From the human T2T-CHM13v2.0 reference genome, Homo sapiens, in the NCBI RefSeq assembly GCF_009914755.1, contig NC_060926.1: a stretch of 64,000 bases of DNA, one strand, 5' to 3'. A model generated the notes under the pieces. It was given only the letters and a program-made list of their open reading frames with translations, made no database searches and had not been told where the DNA came from. Of the stretch, positions 62,255 to 64,000 are shown one piece after another (within the stretch, counting starts at the first letter, position 1; each line of letters opens with the position of its first letter). A program made the position numbers and the translations under genes.

Positions 62255-64000
<1,746 letters not shown>

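Overview
Eukaryotic (human or near-identical primate) genomic DNA holding the 3' ends of two convergent genes; from recalled protein sequences this is the MGAT5/TMEM163 locus on human 2q21. The + strand carries the last five coding exons of MGAT5 (GnT-V; 2443-2589, 12381-12497, 17943-18017, 31335-31492, 38223-38421), which splice in frame through GT-AG introns to the C-terminal 231 aa, followed by a ~5.8 kb 3'UTR. The - strand carries the last three coding exons of TMEM163 (55792-55681, 47738-47597, 46342-46282) and a ~0.95 kb 3'UTR ending ~1.1 kb from the MGAT5 end. The rest is intronic, with Alu, L1, L2/MIR, MaLR LTR and DNA-transposon fossils; nearly all ORFs in the supplied track are spurious. 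I found no new multi-gene system. The most notable oddities are a 170-bp ungapped ~90% identical copy of the MGAT5 post-stop 3'UTR inside the last intron, a consensus splice donor fused to (UG)22 in the MGAT5 3'UTR, a stem-loop enclosing the TMEM163 stop codon and last splice acceptor, an ARE abutting a compact G-quadruplex, and a possible intronic polyadenylation isoform. Repeat subfamily names come from memory of consensus sequences and their boundaries are approximate.
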